A DNA stretch of 61,971 bases, counting the filler, from Actinomycetota bacterium (lineage in GTDB: Bacteria > Actinomycetota > CADDZG01 > JAHWKV01 > JAOPZY01), in the NCBI GenBank assembly GCA_025963875.1. It is 5 parts of 5 records of this genome, joined end to end, with 100 filler letters (N's around TTAATTAATTAA, not from the genome) between each part and the next. Parts side by side here need not be neighbours in the genome. Positions count along the whole stretch, not along the records: positions 11,681 to 27,755 come from JAOPZY010000003.1; positions 27,856 to 31,797 come from JAOPZY010000045.1; positions 31,898 to 57,760 come from JAOPZY010000117.1; 2 more parts are not named here. One strand, 5' to 3'. How positions within the stretch are numbered: the first letter of the stretch is position 1; every line of letters begins with the position of its first letter. The translations under genes were made by a program, and so were the position numbers. Of the stretch, positions 27,001-35,290 are shown piece by piece. The notes under the pieces were generated by a model. That model was given only the letters and a program-made list of their open reading frames with translations, had not been told where the DNA came from and did not search any database.

Positions 27001-27755
27001 GCCCGGTCTCCGGTGCTGCCTGGCCGCTCACCTGGCGGCGCAGGGTCTCCGCCCGGGCGGCGATGGCCTCCAGGTGGTCGTCGGCGAGGTAGTACGAGCG
27101 AAGCCGGATGGGAAGGCCGCCCTCGTGCAGCAAGAAGCCCACGCCCCGCTCTGCGGCGTCGATGTTCGTCGCCGAGAAGCCCTGCGAGGCCCACTTGCCG
27201 AGGATCGTGTCCGAGGCCTCCGGCGTGGAGCAGCGCATCGCCCACCGGAAGGCGAACAGGTCCCGCAGCGACGTGGGGATGATGTCGTGGCTCGGGCGCT
27301 GCGTGGCGGCCACCACGATGTAGCCTGCCGCCCTGCCCCGGGCCACCAGGTCCTCGGTGAGCATCGAGAACTGGGCGCAGGCCTTCTTGTCCCCCCGGGC
27401 GGTGAAGAGGGCGAGCTCGTCCATCCCGATCACGTGGAACGAGAAGGGGTCTCCCGGGCGGATCACCCGACGGTGCTGGGACTCCAGCCACTCGTAGCGC
27501 TCGTTCAGTCCGTCCCGAAGCTCCTCCAGGGCTGCGATGCCGTCGTGGACGTCGGGGCCGACGAAGCGGTCGGCGCAGCCCTTCCACAGCGACAGCTGCA
27601 CCCGGTTGGCGTCGAAGAGGGTCAGTGCCACGGCGGGGTGCAGGGCGGCAGCGGCGATGATCTGCTGCAGGGCCACCGACTTGCCGCCCCCGGGCTCGCC
27701 GCCGAGGAGCAGGTTTCGCTCGGGAAGGGACATCGTCGCCTCCGAGCCGTCCTCG
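26993..27755 (-). CDS. FtsK/SpoIIIE-type Tra translocase, 5'-truncated
   Basis: Walker A GGEPGGGKS, Walker B MDELA, RGRAAG, ATQRP; frame open to the gap. Confidence 0.9.
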
Positions 27756-27855
27756 NNNNNNNNNNNNNNNNNNNNNNNNNNNNNNNNNNNNNNNNNNNNT
27801 TAATTAATTAANNNNNNNNNNNNNNNNNNNNNNNNNNNNNNNNNNNNNNNNNNNN
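27756..27855. other. Artificial contig linker
   Basis: N-TTAATTAATTAA-N. Confidence 0.99.
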
Positions 27856-28101
27856 TGCTCTTATACCAGCGAGAGAACAGGAAACTGTCTATGAGCGGGG
27901 TCGAGAATCGACGCTCCTGCCGGCGGGCTGCCTCTGCGGTGGAGGCCTCCCGGCGTTGGAGGCCGCGTGGTTCGCTGTTTCGCTCGAGCCGTAGATTGCG
28001 AGGGCACTGGTTGTGGCCCCACGTGAGCGGATGCCGGTCTCGGACCGCTTCCCCGGGAACGCCCTAAAGCGGAGTCACCGGGCAGCAGCCATCACCGGCC
28101 G

Positions 28102-29124
28102 TCAGGCGACCGGGCCCGCCTGGCTCATGTCGTAGCCGCCGAACGCTTCGAGCCGGCGGCGGAAGGAGTCGGAGAAGGCCAGCTCCAGCAGCGCCCTCGC
28201 ACCGGGGTGGTCCTCCCACTCCTCGGCGATGCGAAGCTCGACCCGGTGGTTCTCCAAGGGGGCGAACACGAGCCCGTAGACGAGGGCGGCCGCCTCCATC
28301 GTCACGCCGACGTCGACGGATCCGTCCGCCACACGGCGGGCGGCATCGAGATGGCCCGACGCCGGGATGCCCGCCAGCTTGGCACTCCCCCCGTACGGGG
28401 CGAGCGCACGGTCGAGCGCACGCTGCGATTCCGCCCCGGCGACGCGCTGGGCAGCCTTGAGCTTGCCCCGTGCGATCTGCTCGAGCCCTGACGGGAGACC
28501 GACTCTCGACGCAAGGCCCACTCTCCACCCGGCGAGTGCAAACCGCCGCACCGATGCGGACGTGCGCCGTAAATGGCCGGGGCGCCCGTGGACGACCGCG
28601 GCGTGGATCCGCCCGGCGTTGAGGGCGTCGATTGCATCGGCACTCGATGCGGGGATGGCGACCAGGCGTTGCGGCCCGGCCCCGGGCAGCAGGGCGGCGG
28701 CCAGACCGAGTGCAGGTTCGCAACCAGCGACGGCAAAGCCGGAGGTGTCGGCATCCTCGAAGAGCTCGACGCGCCCGTTCCGGTAGAGCCCGTCCGCCTT
28801 GTCCCAGGACGACCCAATCGCGCCACGGTCGGCAAGCGGATGGTAGGAGAGGAGGTCGCCCACCCGGACCGCCACGACCGGGACATCGCCGGTGGGCGTG
28901 GTTCCCAGGGCGGCCACGTGGTTCTCGGCGCTGTCGGGCTCGCCGAAGACCTCCTCGACGCTGGTCCCGAGAACCTCGGCGATGGCCAGGGCGGCCTTCA
29001 CGCTGGGGACATGGCGGCCGGTCTCGACGGCGCTGATCAACGGCCGCGAGAGCTGGCTGGCGAGGGCAAGTTCCGTCTGCGTCAAACCGAGCACCTTCCG
29101 GCGTTCGGATACAGAGTTCCTCAT
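28102..29124 (-). CDS. XRE-HTH regulator fused to a molybdate-binding-like PBP domain
   Basis: GLTQTELA...SRPLISAVETGRHVPSV; AGCEPALG, S.DA...L..G.IHAA..H, GHLDAARRV, GYD. Confidence 0.85.
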   Translation of the reverse strand: MRNSVSERRKVLGLTQTELALASQLSRPLISAVETGRHVPSVKAALAIAEVLGTSVEEVFGEPDSAENHVAALGTTPTGDVPVVAVRVGDLLSYHPLADRGAIGSSWDKADGLYRNGRVELFEDADTSGFAVAGCEPALGLAAALLPGAGPQRLVAIPASSADAIDALNAGRIHAAVVHGRPGHLRRTSASVRRFALAGWRVGLASRVGLPSGLEQIARGKLKAAQRVAGAESQRALDRALAPYGGSAKLAGIPASGHLDAARRVADGSVDVGVTMEAAALVYGLVFAPLENHRVELRIAEEWEDHPGARALLELAFSDSFRRRLEAFGGYDMSQAGPVA

Positions 29125-29145
29125 GTATCAGATCCTACCAGTGTG

Positions 29146-29673
29146 CTAGTCGATGCGGTCAATATCCAAGACGTAGCTCAGGAGCTTTCGTCCACCCCAG
29201 TCCACATTGCTGCCCGACTGGCGGAATCCGAGCCTCTCGTAGAGGGCGGTGGCCGCGGTCATCAGGGACACGGTATTGAGGGCGATGCCGGCCGCCCCGT
29301 CCGCTCTCGCCCGTTCCAGGCAGGCCACCGTCAGGGGCCGGCCGACTCCCCTGCCCCGCGCCTCGGGATGGACGCCCAGCGCGCGCAGGTAGGCGAAGCC
29401 CTTGGGCCACCACGCCCACTCGTCGGCGTGGGCCTGGTCCTGTGGCGGGTAGTACGTGACCGTTCCGACCATGCGTCCGGCTGTCTCGGCCACCAGCTGG
29501 GTCCCCTGGCTCGCCCGCCGCGCGACGTCGGCGAGGTCGTCGCGGTACCCCTCCCAGTCCTCGCCGAGGATGTCGGCGAACTCCTGGTAGGCGGCGGTCA
29601 TCAGCCTCGCCAGCTCCTCGTAGTCCCCGGGCACGGCCTCGCGGATCGAAACCTCGCGGATCGAAAGACTCAA
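29146..29673 (-). CDS. GNAT family N-acetyltransferase
   Basis: LGVHPEARGRGVG, A.ALYERLGF; TTGA overlap with the upstream gene. Confidence 0.92.
   Translation of the reverse strand: MSLSIREVSIREAVPGDYEELARLMTAAYQEFADILGEDWEGYRDDLADVARRASQGTQLVAETAGRMVGTVTYYPPQDQAHADEWAWWPKGFAYLRALGVHPEARGRGVGRPLTVACLERARADGAAGIALNTVSLMTAATALYERLGFRQSGSNVDWGGRKLLSYVLDIDRID
29637..29666. repeat. 15-bp tandem duplication in the GNAT 5' end
   Basis: CCTCGCGGATCGAAA x2 (SIREV-SIREA). Confidence 0.9.
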
Positions 29674-29924
29674 CCGTCCTCCCGGACCACGAGTCGGTCG
29701 TGGGGCTGCTGCGCCTCCAACGTGCCGGTGATGCCGCCCTCGACGAAGATCAGCATGTCCCCGACCGGCACGACGTCGTCGCCGTCGGACGGCCGTTCGG
29801 CGAATCCGATCTGGACCTGCTCGCCCGTCCGGTACACCCGGATCTTCACGCCGGGGTTGAACCGCCCGGCTGCGTCGTAGGCGCGCTCCAGGACGGCTGC
29901 CGCGTCGTCGGTGATATCGAGCAC
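29670..29924 (-). CDS. HesB/IscA-like small protein without cysteines
   Basis: MLDITDDAA..L..., KIRV, P..GD.VV..GD..IFVE; RBS AAGGAG. Confidence 0.55.
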   Translation of the reverse strand: MLDITDDAAAVLERAYDAAGRFNPGVKIRVYRTGEQVQIGFAERPSDGDDVVPVGDMLIFVEGGITGTLEAQQPHDRLVVREDG

Positions 29925-29965
29925 TCGATCTCCTTTTCTCGTGCCCCCCAGTATGCTCACGGCAC

Positions 29966-30934
29966 GTGAAATCAGTCGGCATCACCGGACCCCCCGGCAG
30001 TGGCAAGACCACCCTGTGGCGCGCCGTCACGGGCGGCGAGACCAAAGGCGAGGTCGCGGTGGTCGACGTCCCCGACCCCCGGCTCGACGTCCTCGTCGAG
30101 ATGGAGAGCTCCCGCAAGCGGGTGCCCATCCAGATCCAGATGGTCGATGTCCACGCCGGCGCCCGGAGCGCGGCGGCCGCCATGGGGGAGCTGCGCAAGA
30201 TGGATGCGTTGCTGCTCGTCGTGCCCTCCTTCGGCGGCCAGGACGCGGCCGCGGCGCTGTCGGGCTACCAGGACGACCTCATCCTCGCCGACCTCGGCCC
30301 GTTCGAGAACCGGCTCGAGCGCGCCCGCAAGGACGCCGCCTCCCGCCACGAGGTCCCGGCGCTGGAAAGGGCCGTGGCACATCTGGAAGCCGGCCAGCCG
30401 CTGCGGTCGGGCAAATGGGAGCCCGAGGAGCTGAAGGCCTTCTCGGCCATGGCGCCGATCACCCTGAAGCCGGTCGTGGTGGTCTTCAACGTCGACGAGG
30501 AGGGCCTCGCCGCCGAGCCCCCGGCCGTCGACCTGCCCTCGTTCTCCGCCAGCGCCGCCCTGGAGGCGGAGGTCGGCGGCCTGGGCCCGGACGAGGCCAG
30601 GGAGCTGCTGGGGGCCTACGGCATCGAGGAGCCGGTTCTCGGCAGGGTCATCGACGTCGTCTACCGGTTGCTCGACCTCATCACCTTCTTCACCGCCGGC
30701 GACACCGAGTCCCGGGCCTGGGAGGTGCGCAGGGGAGCGACGGCGCCGGAAGCCGCCGGTGTCATCCACTCCGACATCCAGCGGGGGTTCATCCGGGCGG
30801 AGATCATCGGTTACGACGCCCTCGTCGCCGCGGGCTCGTGGAACAACGCCAAGTCCAAGGGGGTCCTGCGCCTCGAGGGCAAGGACTACAAGATGGTCGA
30901 GGGCGACGTCTGCCACTTCCGCTTCGCCGTCTGA
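29966..30934 (+). CDS. YchF-like ATPase (DUF933/TGS C-terminus), shortened
   Basis: GPPGSGKTT, VDVPDPRLD, NVDE, LITFFTAG, APEAAGVIHSD..RGFIRAE, EGKDY...EGDV..FRF. Confidence 0.88.
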   Translation: MKSVGITGPPGSGKTTLWRAVTGGETKGEVAVVDVPDPRLDVLVEMESSRKRVPIQIQMVDVHAGARSAAAAMGELRKMDALLLVVPSFGGQDAAAALSGYQDDLILADLGPFENRLERARKDAASRHEVPALERAVAHLEAGQPLRSGKWEPEELKAFSAMAPITLKPVVVVFNVDEEGLAAEPPAVDLPSFSASAALEAEVGGLGPDEARELLGAYGIEEPVLGRVIDVVYRLLDLITFFTAGDTESRAWEVRRGATAPEAAGVIHSDIQRGFIRAEIIGYDALVAAGSWNNAKSKGVLRLEGKDYKMVEGDVCHFRFAV

Positions 30935-30941
30935 GACTGAG

Positions 30942-31021
30942 GGCCGGGCTCTCGAAAGCAAACTGAGGTAGAAATGGCGTGTCTGCGCGTCATTCTTACC
31001 TCAGTTCCGAAGGACCCGGCC
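30942..31021. terminator. Long hairpin between convergent genes, probable bidirectional terminator
   Basis: AACTGAGGTA...TACCTCAGTT with outer GGCCGGG/CCCGGCC arms. Confidence 0.55.
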
Positions 31022-31026
31022 TGCCG

Positions 31027-31485
31027 TCAGAGGTACTGCCCGGGGGCCCGCTGATCCGGCGGCGGTGTGCCGGGTCGCCGCAACGGATGGGGAACCTGGC
31101 CCGGCGCTCCCATCTGCTGGCCCATGAGGGTCGCCTGCATGCCGTGGAACAGCCCCTCGAACCATCCCACAAGCTGTGCCTGCGTGAGGCGGAGCTCCGA
31201 CTGGGTGGGGACGTCGCCCGCGAAGACGAGGTGGACACGTTCCAGCTCGCTCTGCAGGTCGGGAGAGATCGCCTCCTTCAGTTCCGCGATGGCCCTGGCG
31301 AGGAGCTCGATTGCAAGGCGCCTTGCCTCGGCGTCGAGGGATTCCCGGCGCGTCTCGTCCAGCATCTCCCGCAGCATGCCCCCGACCCGCAGCAGCTTGC
31401 CGATGTTGTGGACCTGCTCGGTTCCCTCGGGCGCATCCGCGCTGATTGCCGCCGGGGCCCCGGGGTCCTGGATGAGTTCGTCCAT
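31027..31485 (-). CDS. bpa: Bacterial proteasome activator (Bpa/PafE)
   Basis: KLLRVG.M...LDE.R, SPDLQSELER, ELRLTQAQLVGWFEGLFHG.Q, C-terminal GQYL. Confidence 0.93.
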   Translation of the reverse strand: MDELIQDPGAPAAISADAPEGTEQVHNIGKLLRVGGMLREMLDETRRESLDAEARRLAIELLARAIAELKEAISPDLQSELERVHLVFAGDVPTQSELRLTQAQLVGWFEGLFHGMQATLMGQQMGAPGQVPHPLRRPGTPPPDQRAPGQYL

Positions 31486-31597
31486 CAGAATTGCCCCGAG
31501 GGGACTGCCTGCTTTAGTTGGCAGGGGAATCGGGGCCTCGGCCGAGCGCCGGGGGAACTTGATGTTTCTTCGCCACGTGCGGAAAGTGCCGCTTTTT

Positions 31598-31619
31598 TGT
31601 CAGTACCCCTGCGGACAAT
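31598..31619 (+). promoter_or_regulatory. RecA-NDp (PafBC-type)-like promoter
   Basis: TTGTCAG-N10-GACAAT, 9 nt before the tnpB ATG, no RBS. Confidence 0.45.
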
Positions 31620-31628
31620 GGACGCACG

Positions 31629-31797
31629 ATGAGACGCTCCTACAAGTTCCGGCTGCGCCCGACCGGCCCTCAGCACGGTCGCCTGAACGAGTGCCTCAAG
31701 TCTCACCGGGGCATGTACAACGCCGCCCTCCAGGAACGCCGGGAGTCGTGGGAGTGGTGGAAGACCTACTGGGAGCGGACCACGCCGCCTCCCAAAC
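31629..31797 (+). CDS. tnpB: TnpB (IS200/IS605 family) N-terminus, truncated by gap
   Basis: MRRSYKFRLRPT..Q...L.......R.MYNAALQERR. Confidence 0.88.
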
Positions 31798-31897
31798 NNN
31801 NNNNNNNNNNNNNNNNNNNNNNNNNNNNNNNNNNNNNNNNNTTAATTAATTAANNNNNNNNNNNNNNNNNNNNNNNNNNNNNNNNNNNNNNNNNNNN
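31798..31897. other. Artificial contig linker
   Basis: N-TTAATTAATTAA-N. Confidence 0.99.
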
Positions 31898-32088
31898 GGG
31901 TGCAGGTGGTAGAGCACCGAGTTCATGACCACGTAGGCCCGGTTGCGCGGGGAGTCCTGGTAGCCCTTCCGGAAGATGGACCCCGGACGGAAGATCGACC
32001 GGAAGAGTTGCGAATCCCGCAGCCGGTCGGCCCGTTCGGCGACCTCTTTGGGCTTCGGAACCCTTCGCTTTGTCGGTGTCTGTGCCAT
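31898..32088 (-). CDS. Cytochrome b/b6 N-terminal subunit, partial
   Basis: SIFR...SPRNRAYVVMNSVLYHLHP, typical start of split cytochrome b proteins. Confidence 0.7.
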
Positions 32089-32138
32089 TTACGCTCCCCC
32101 CCGGGAAGCCCGGGTCCTGGTACCGCTGGTGCTCGTGC

Positions 32139-32531
32139 CTACTCTGCCTTCTGCTCGCCCGCCACGGTCCCGAGGGCCCGGGCGCCGCCGCCCTTCTGCA
32201 ATTCCAGCCGCCCCATGACCAGGGCGCCGGTCGGGCACCGCTCCACGCAGAGGTTGCAGCGCGTGCAGGCGTCGTCGTCGATCACGAACAGGATGTCGTT
32301 GTCGTGCATGTCCCGGGCGATCTCGTCGGAGCCGGATTCGGACACGATGTCCGGCGTCAGCATGAAGATGCAGTACCAGGGGCAGATGTCCACGCAGCCC
32401 TCGCACAGGATGCAGAGCTCGGGGATGAAGTTGATGTAGCGAGGGGGTTTCCGGATGGACTTCAGCCACTCGGGCGTGACCTCCTGCGTGACGTAGTCGG
32501 TGCGGAGCCGCGGCTTGTCGATGTTCTCCAT
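32139..32531 (-). CDS. 2x[4Fe-4S] ferredoxin
   Basis: CILCEGCVDICP and CTRCNLCVERCP. Confidence 0.92.
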   Translation of the reverse strand: MENIDKPRLRTDYVTQEVTPEWLKSIRKPPRYINFIPELCILCEGCVDICPWYCIFMLTPDIVSESGSDEIARDMHDNDILFVIDDDACTRCNLCVERCPTGALVMGRLELQKGGGARALGTVAGEQKAE

Positions 32532-32547
32532 AGCTCGTTCCTTTGGC

Positions 32548-32913
32548 CTACTTGCCCGGAAGGTATCCCTTCACGTCGTCTGCGCCTCGCTGGCCCAGCC
32601 GGCGGCGTCGCTTCTCTCCGTACACGTATGCAGCGACGATGATGCCTGCGAACACGGTCGACTGGAACCCCAGCGAGATGGCGTCTCGGACCCGGGTGGA
32701 GGTGTAGGGCTGGATGATGTGGTGCTTCAGACCGGGGATATGGCTGACGATGCTCTGGATCGTCTTGACCGCCGAAGCGTCCCGGGAGGACCACCAGTAG
32801 GTGAAGTAGGAGGGGATCCACGCCAAGGTGATGAGCAGAAAAATGGTGACCCCCAAACCCACGGCGACCGCCTTCGTCCAAGTCAACTCGGTCTTCGCAG
32901 GTCGTCTGAGCAT
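32548..32913 (-). CDS. Hypothetical 2-TM membrane protein
   Basis: Two hydrophobic segments; TATAAT upstream; start uncertain (32913 or 32952). Confidence 0.65.
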   Translation of the reverse strand: MLRRPAKTELTWTKAVAVGLGVTIFLLITLAWIPSYFTYWWSSRDASAVKTIQSIVSHIPGLKHHIIQPYTSTRVRDAISLGFQSTVFAGIIVAAYVYGEKRRRRLGQRGADDVKGYLPGK

Positions 32914-33026
32914 ACGGGTGGCGGGGTCCTCAGTGGGGTTGACGCGGCGCATTATAGCGGACGTTTGAAAGCATACATGCGGGCGTCGCGACAGTTTTCG
33001 AGGGGTCCCACGAGCCCGCCGTCGAC

Positions 33027-33176
33027 CTACTCGTCGGTGCTCCGATCCGGACCCTGCAGCTCGTCCAGCCGGCGCTCGACCGCCCGCTGACGCAGGCTCA
33101 GGCGGACCAGGTAGCCGGCGATCCCCGCCCAGATGACGGTGTACGCGACGCCCAGGTAGGCGAGTTGGTGCCTCAC
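33027..33176 (-). CDS. ccmD: CcmD-like small membrane protein
   Basis: YLGVAYTVIWAGIAGYL.RL..RQR.VERRL; GTGA overlap with ccmC. Confidence 0.8.
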   Translation of the reverse strand: MRHQLAYLGVAYTVIWAGIAGYLVRLSLRQRAVERRLDELQGPDRSTDE

Positions 33177-33958
33177 GGCGTCGCGGCCACGTGCGCACGG
33201 GGCGGCGGGCGTTCCTCGAGGGCGGCCTCCGCCTCGGCGAGCGCCTCTTCGGCGCGCCCGAGGCGGGTACGCAGGAGCATCAGGGCGACGTAGAGGCCGG
33301 TGTACACGACCAGCAGGAACAGCATGGTGATCAGCTCCGAGGCGGGGAGCTGCGGACCTGCGGGGTTGATGACCACCTCCGCCGGGTGCAGCGTGCGCCA
33401 CCAGACCATCGAGAAGTGGACGAGCGGTACGTCGACGAAGCCGAAGATCCCGATGACCGCCGCGATCCTGGCGCCCCGGGTCGGGTCGGCGGCCAGGCCC
33501 CGGAAGAGCAGGTACCCGACGTAGATCAGGAAGAGGACGAAGGTGAGCGTGAGCGTCTCGTCCCAGGTCCAGAACGTTCCCCAGCGTGGACGGCCCCACA
33601 GCATCCCCGTCAGCAGGCACAGCCCGGTGAAGAGGACGCCGATCTCCGCGGAGGCGTGGGCGAGGATGTCCCAGCGCCGCCTGCCCGTCTTCAAGTAGGC
33701 GAGCGAGCCGACCAGCACGACGCCGAAGGCGAGGTACGCCACGTAGGCGATCGGTACGTGCATGTAGAAGATGTGCTGGATGTAGTCGGGCCGGGCGTCG
33801 AAGCATGGCTGTCCATCGGCGACGCCCGGCACCAGGCAGTTCGCCGTGGGGACCCAGAAGAAGATGGCGGCGATGCCCACCACCATCCCCACGGCGACGA
33901 GGGCGATCAGCACCATGGTGCCGGTGCCGCTGCGTCTGGCGGTTGTAAGAGGGCTCAT
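33173..33958 (-). CDS. ccmC: Heme exporter CcmC
   Basis: IFYMHVP, WGRPRWGTFWTWD, WWRTLHP. Confidence 0.93.
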   Translation of the reverse strand: MSPLTTARRSGTGTMVLIALVAVGMVVGIAAIFFWVPTANCLVPGVADGQPCFDARPDYIQHIFYMHVPIAYVAYLAFGVVLVGSLAYLKTGRRRWDILAHASAEIGVLFTGLCLLTGMLWGRPRWGTFWTWDETLTLTFVLFLIYVGYLLFRGLAADPTRGARIAAVIGIFGFVDVPLVHFSMVWWRTLHPAEVVINPAGPQLPASELITMLFLLVVYTGLYVALMLLRTRLGRAEEALAEAEAALEERPPPRAHVAATP

Positions 33959-34668
33959 TCGTTCACGATGAACTCGAAAGCTACGGCGCCGATGGCCACG
34001 ATGGCCAGATCAAAGGCTCCCATGAGGATAAACCAGCGGCTCTGGCTCCCCAGGCCGCCCCCCGTCAGGAGCGAGGAGGTCAGGCGTTCTGCTCCCAGGA
34101 CCAGCGGGATGATCACCGGGAAGAGCAGGAGCGGCATCACCAGTTCCCGGGCCCGGACGTACTGCGAGGCGGCCCCGAAGAGGGTGCCTGCGGCCGCCAA
34201 CCCGACGTTCGCCACGAGGGCGACGAGCAGGATGCCCGGCAGCAGCAGCCCCGCGGGCACGCCGAAGAACAGGACGAACACCGGCAACAGGACGGCCTCC
34301 AGCGTCCACAGGTAACAGAAGTTGGCGAGGGCCTTCCCCGCGAACAGGGCGGCGGGATCGACGGGCGCAAGAAGGAGGCCCTCGATGCGGTTGCCCTCCC
34401 GCTCGGTCGAGGCATTCCGCCCGAAGCCGAGGATCCCGGCGAACAGCAGGCTGACCCACAGGAATGCCCCGGCCAGCTCCCGGCTGCCCACGGCCCCGAC
34501 GACCGGTCCCGGCACGGGAGCCTGCCCGGCCCCGGGCGGGAAGTTGAGGGTGAACAGGAAGACGAGGATGAGCCCGAAGAGGACCATCGGCGGGGCGATC
34601 TCCTTCGCCCGGGCCTCGGACCGGAGGTCCTTGGCGGCCAGCAGGAACATCTTGCGCACGTTGTTCAC
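33955..34668 (-). CDS. ccmB: Heme exporter CcmB
   Basis: KDLRSE.R, E.E...EGLLLAP, GKALAN, LLLFPVIIP. Confidence 0.9.
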   Translation of the reverse strand: MNNVRKMFLLAAKDLRSEARAKEIAPPMVLFGLILVFLFTLNFPPGAGQAPVPGPVVGAVGSRELAGAFLWVSLLFAGILGFGRNASTEREGNRIEGLLLAPVDPAALFAGKALANFCYLWTLEAVLLPVFVLFFGVPAGLLLPGILLVALVANVGLAAAGTLFGAASQYVRARELVMPLLLFPVIIPLVLGAERLTSSLLTGGGLGSQSRWFILMGAFDLAIVAIGAVAFEFIVNE

Positions 34669-34681
34669 CTGCGCTGGCCGG

Positions 34682-35290
34682 TCACGCCGCGCTGATCCTT
34701 CCGTTCTCCAGGACCACGATCCGGTCGGCGATCGCCTTCCCGCGCTCGGTGTCGTGGGTGGCGACGACCAGCGTCCGGCCCTCCCGCTTGAGCACGGCGG
34801 GCAGGGCGGCGGCTGACGTCTCGTCCAGGCCGGAGAACGGCTCGTCCACCAGCAGGAGGTCGGGGTCGTGGAGGACGGCCCTCGCCAGGGCGACCCGCTG
34901 TCCCTCCCCCTGGGACAGCGTGTGCACGAGCGCATCCTTCTTATGGGACATGCCCACCGCCTCCAGCGCCTCCGCCGCCTCCGCCGCCCCGACGTCGTAG
35001 AGCCGGGCGAACAGGACGAGGTTCTCCGACACCGAGAGGTGGGGGTAGAGGTAGAGGTCGTGGCCCAGGAAGCCGAGCCGGCCCCGGGTCTCCCGGGGAG
35101 GCTTGCCGTCGACGAGGACCACGCCGGAGGTTGGCCGCAGCAGGCCGGCGATCAGCTTGATGAGCGTCGTCTTGCCCGAGCCGTTGTGCCCGAATATCAC
35201 CACCGTCTCGCCGGTGGGGATGTCCAGGTCGATCCCGGACAGGGCCCGGGCAGATCCGAAGCGCCGCGTCAGCCTCCGGATCTCGATCAC
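34682..35290 (-). CDS. ccmA: Heme ABC exporter ATPase CcmA
   Basis: GHNGSGKT, LSQGE, LLVDEPFSGLD; position in the ccm operon. Confidence 0.9.
   Translation of the reverse strand: MIEIRRLTRRFGSARALSGIDLDIPTGETVVIFGHNGSGKTTLIKLIAGLLRPTSGVVLVDGKPPRETRGRLGFLGHDLYLYPHLSVSENLVLFARLYDVGAAEAAEALEAVGMSHKKDALVHTLSQGEGQRVALARAVLHDPDLLLVDEPFSGLDETSAAALPAVLKREGRTLVVATHDTERGKAIADRIVVLENGRISAA

Larger units (their letters stand above)
23580..27755 (-). mobile_element. Actinomycete integrative and conjugative element (AICE) at tRNA-Ala, truncated by gap
   Basis: Co-oriented tra(FtsK)-HTH-small orf-repSA-xis-int with int converging on the tRNA 3' end. Confidence 0.9.

Noticed and set aside
31027..31797. Functional link between bpa and the divergent tnpB
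   Set aside because: Most simply an IS insertion in an intergenic region; nothing beyond adjacency supports a link.
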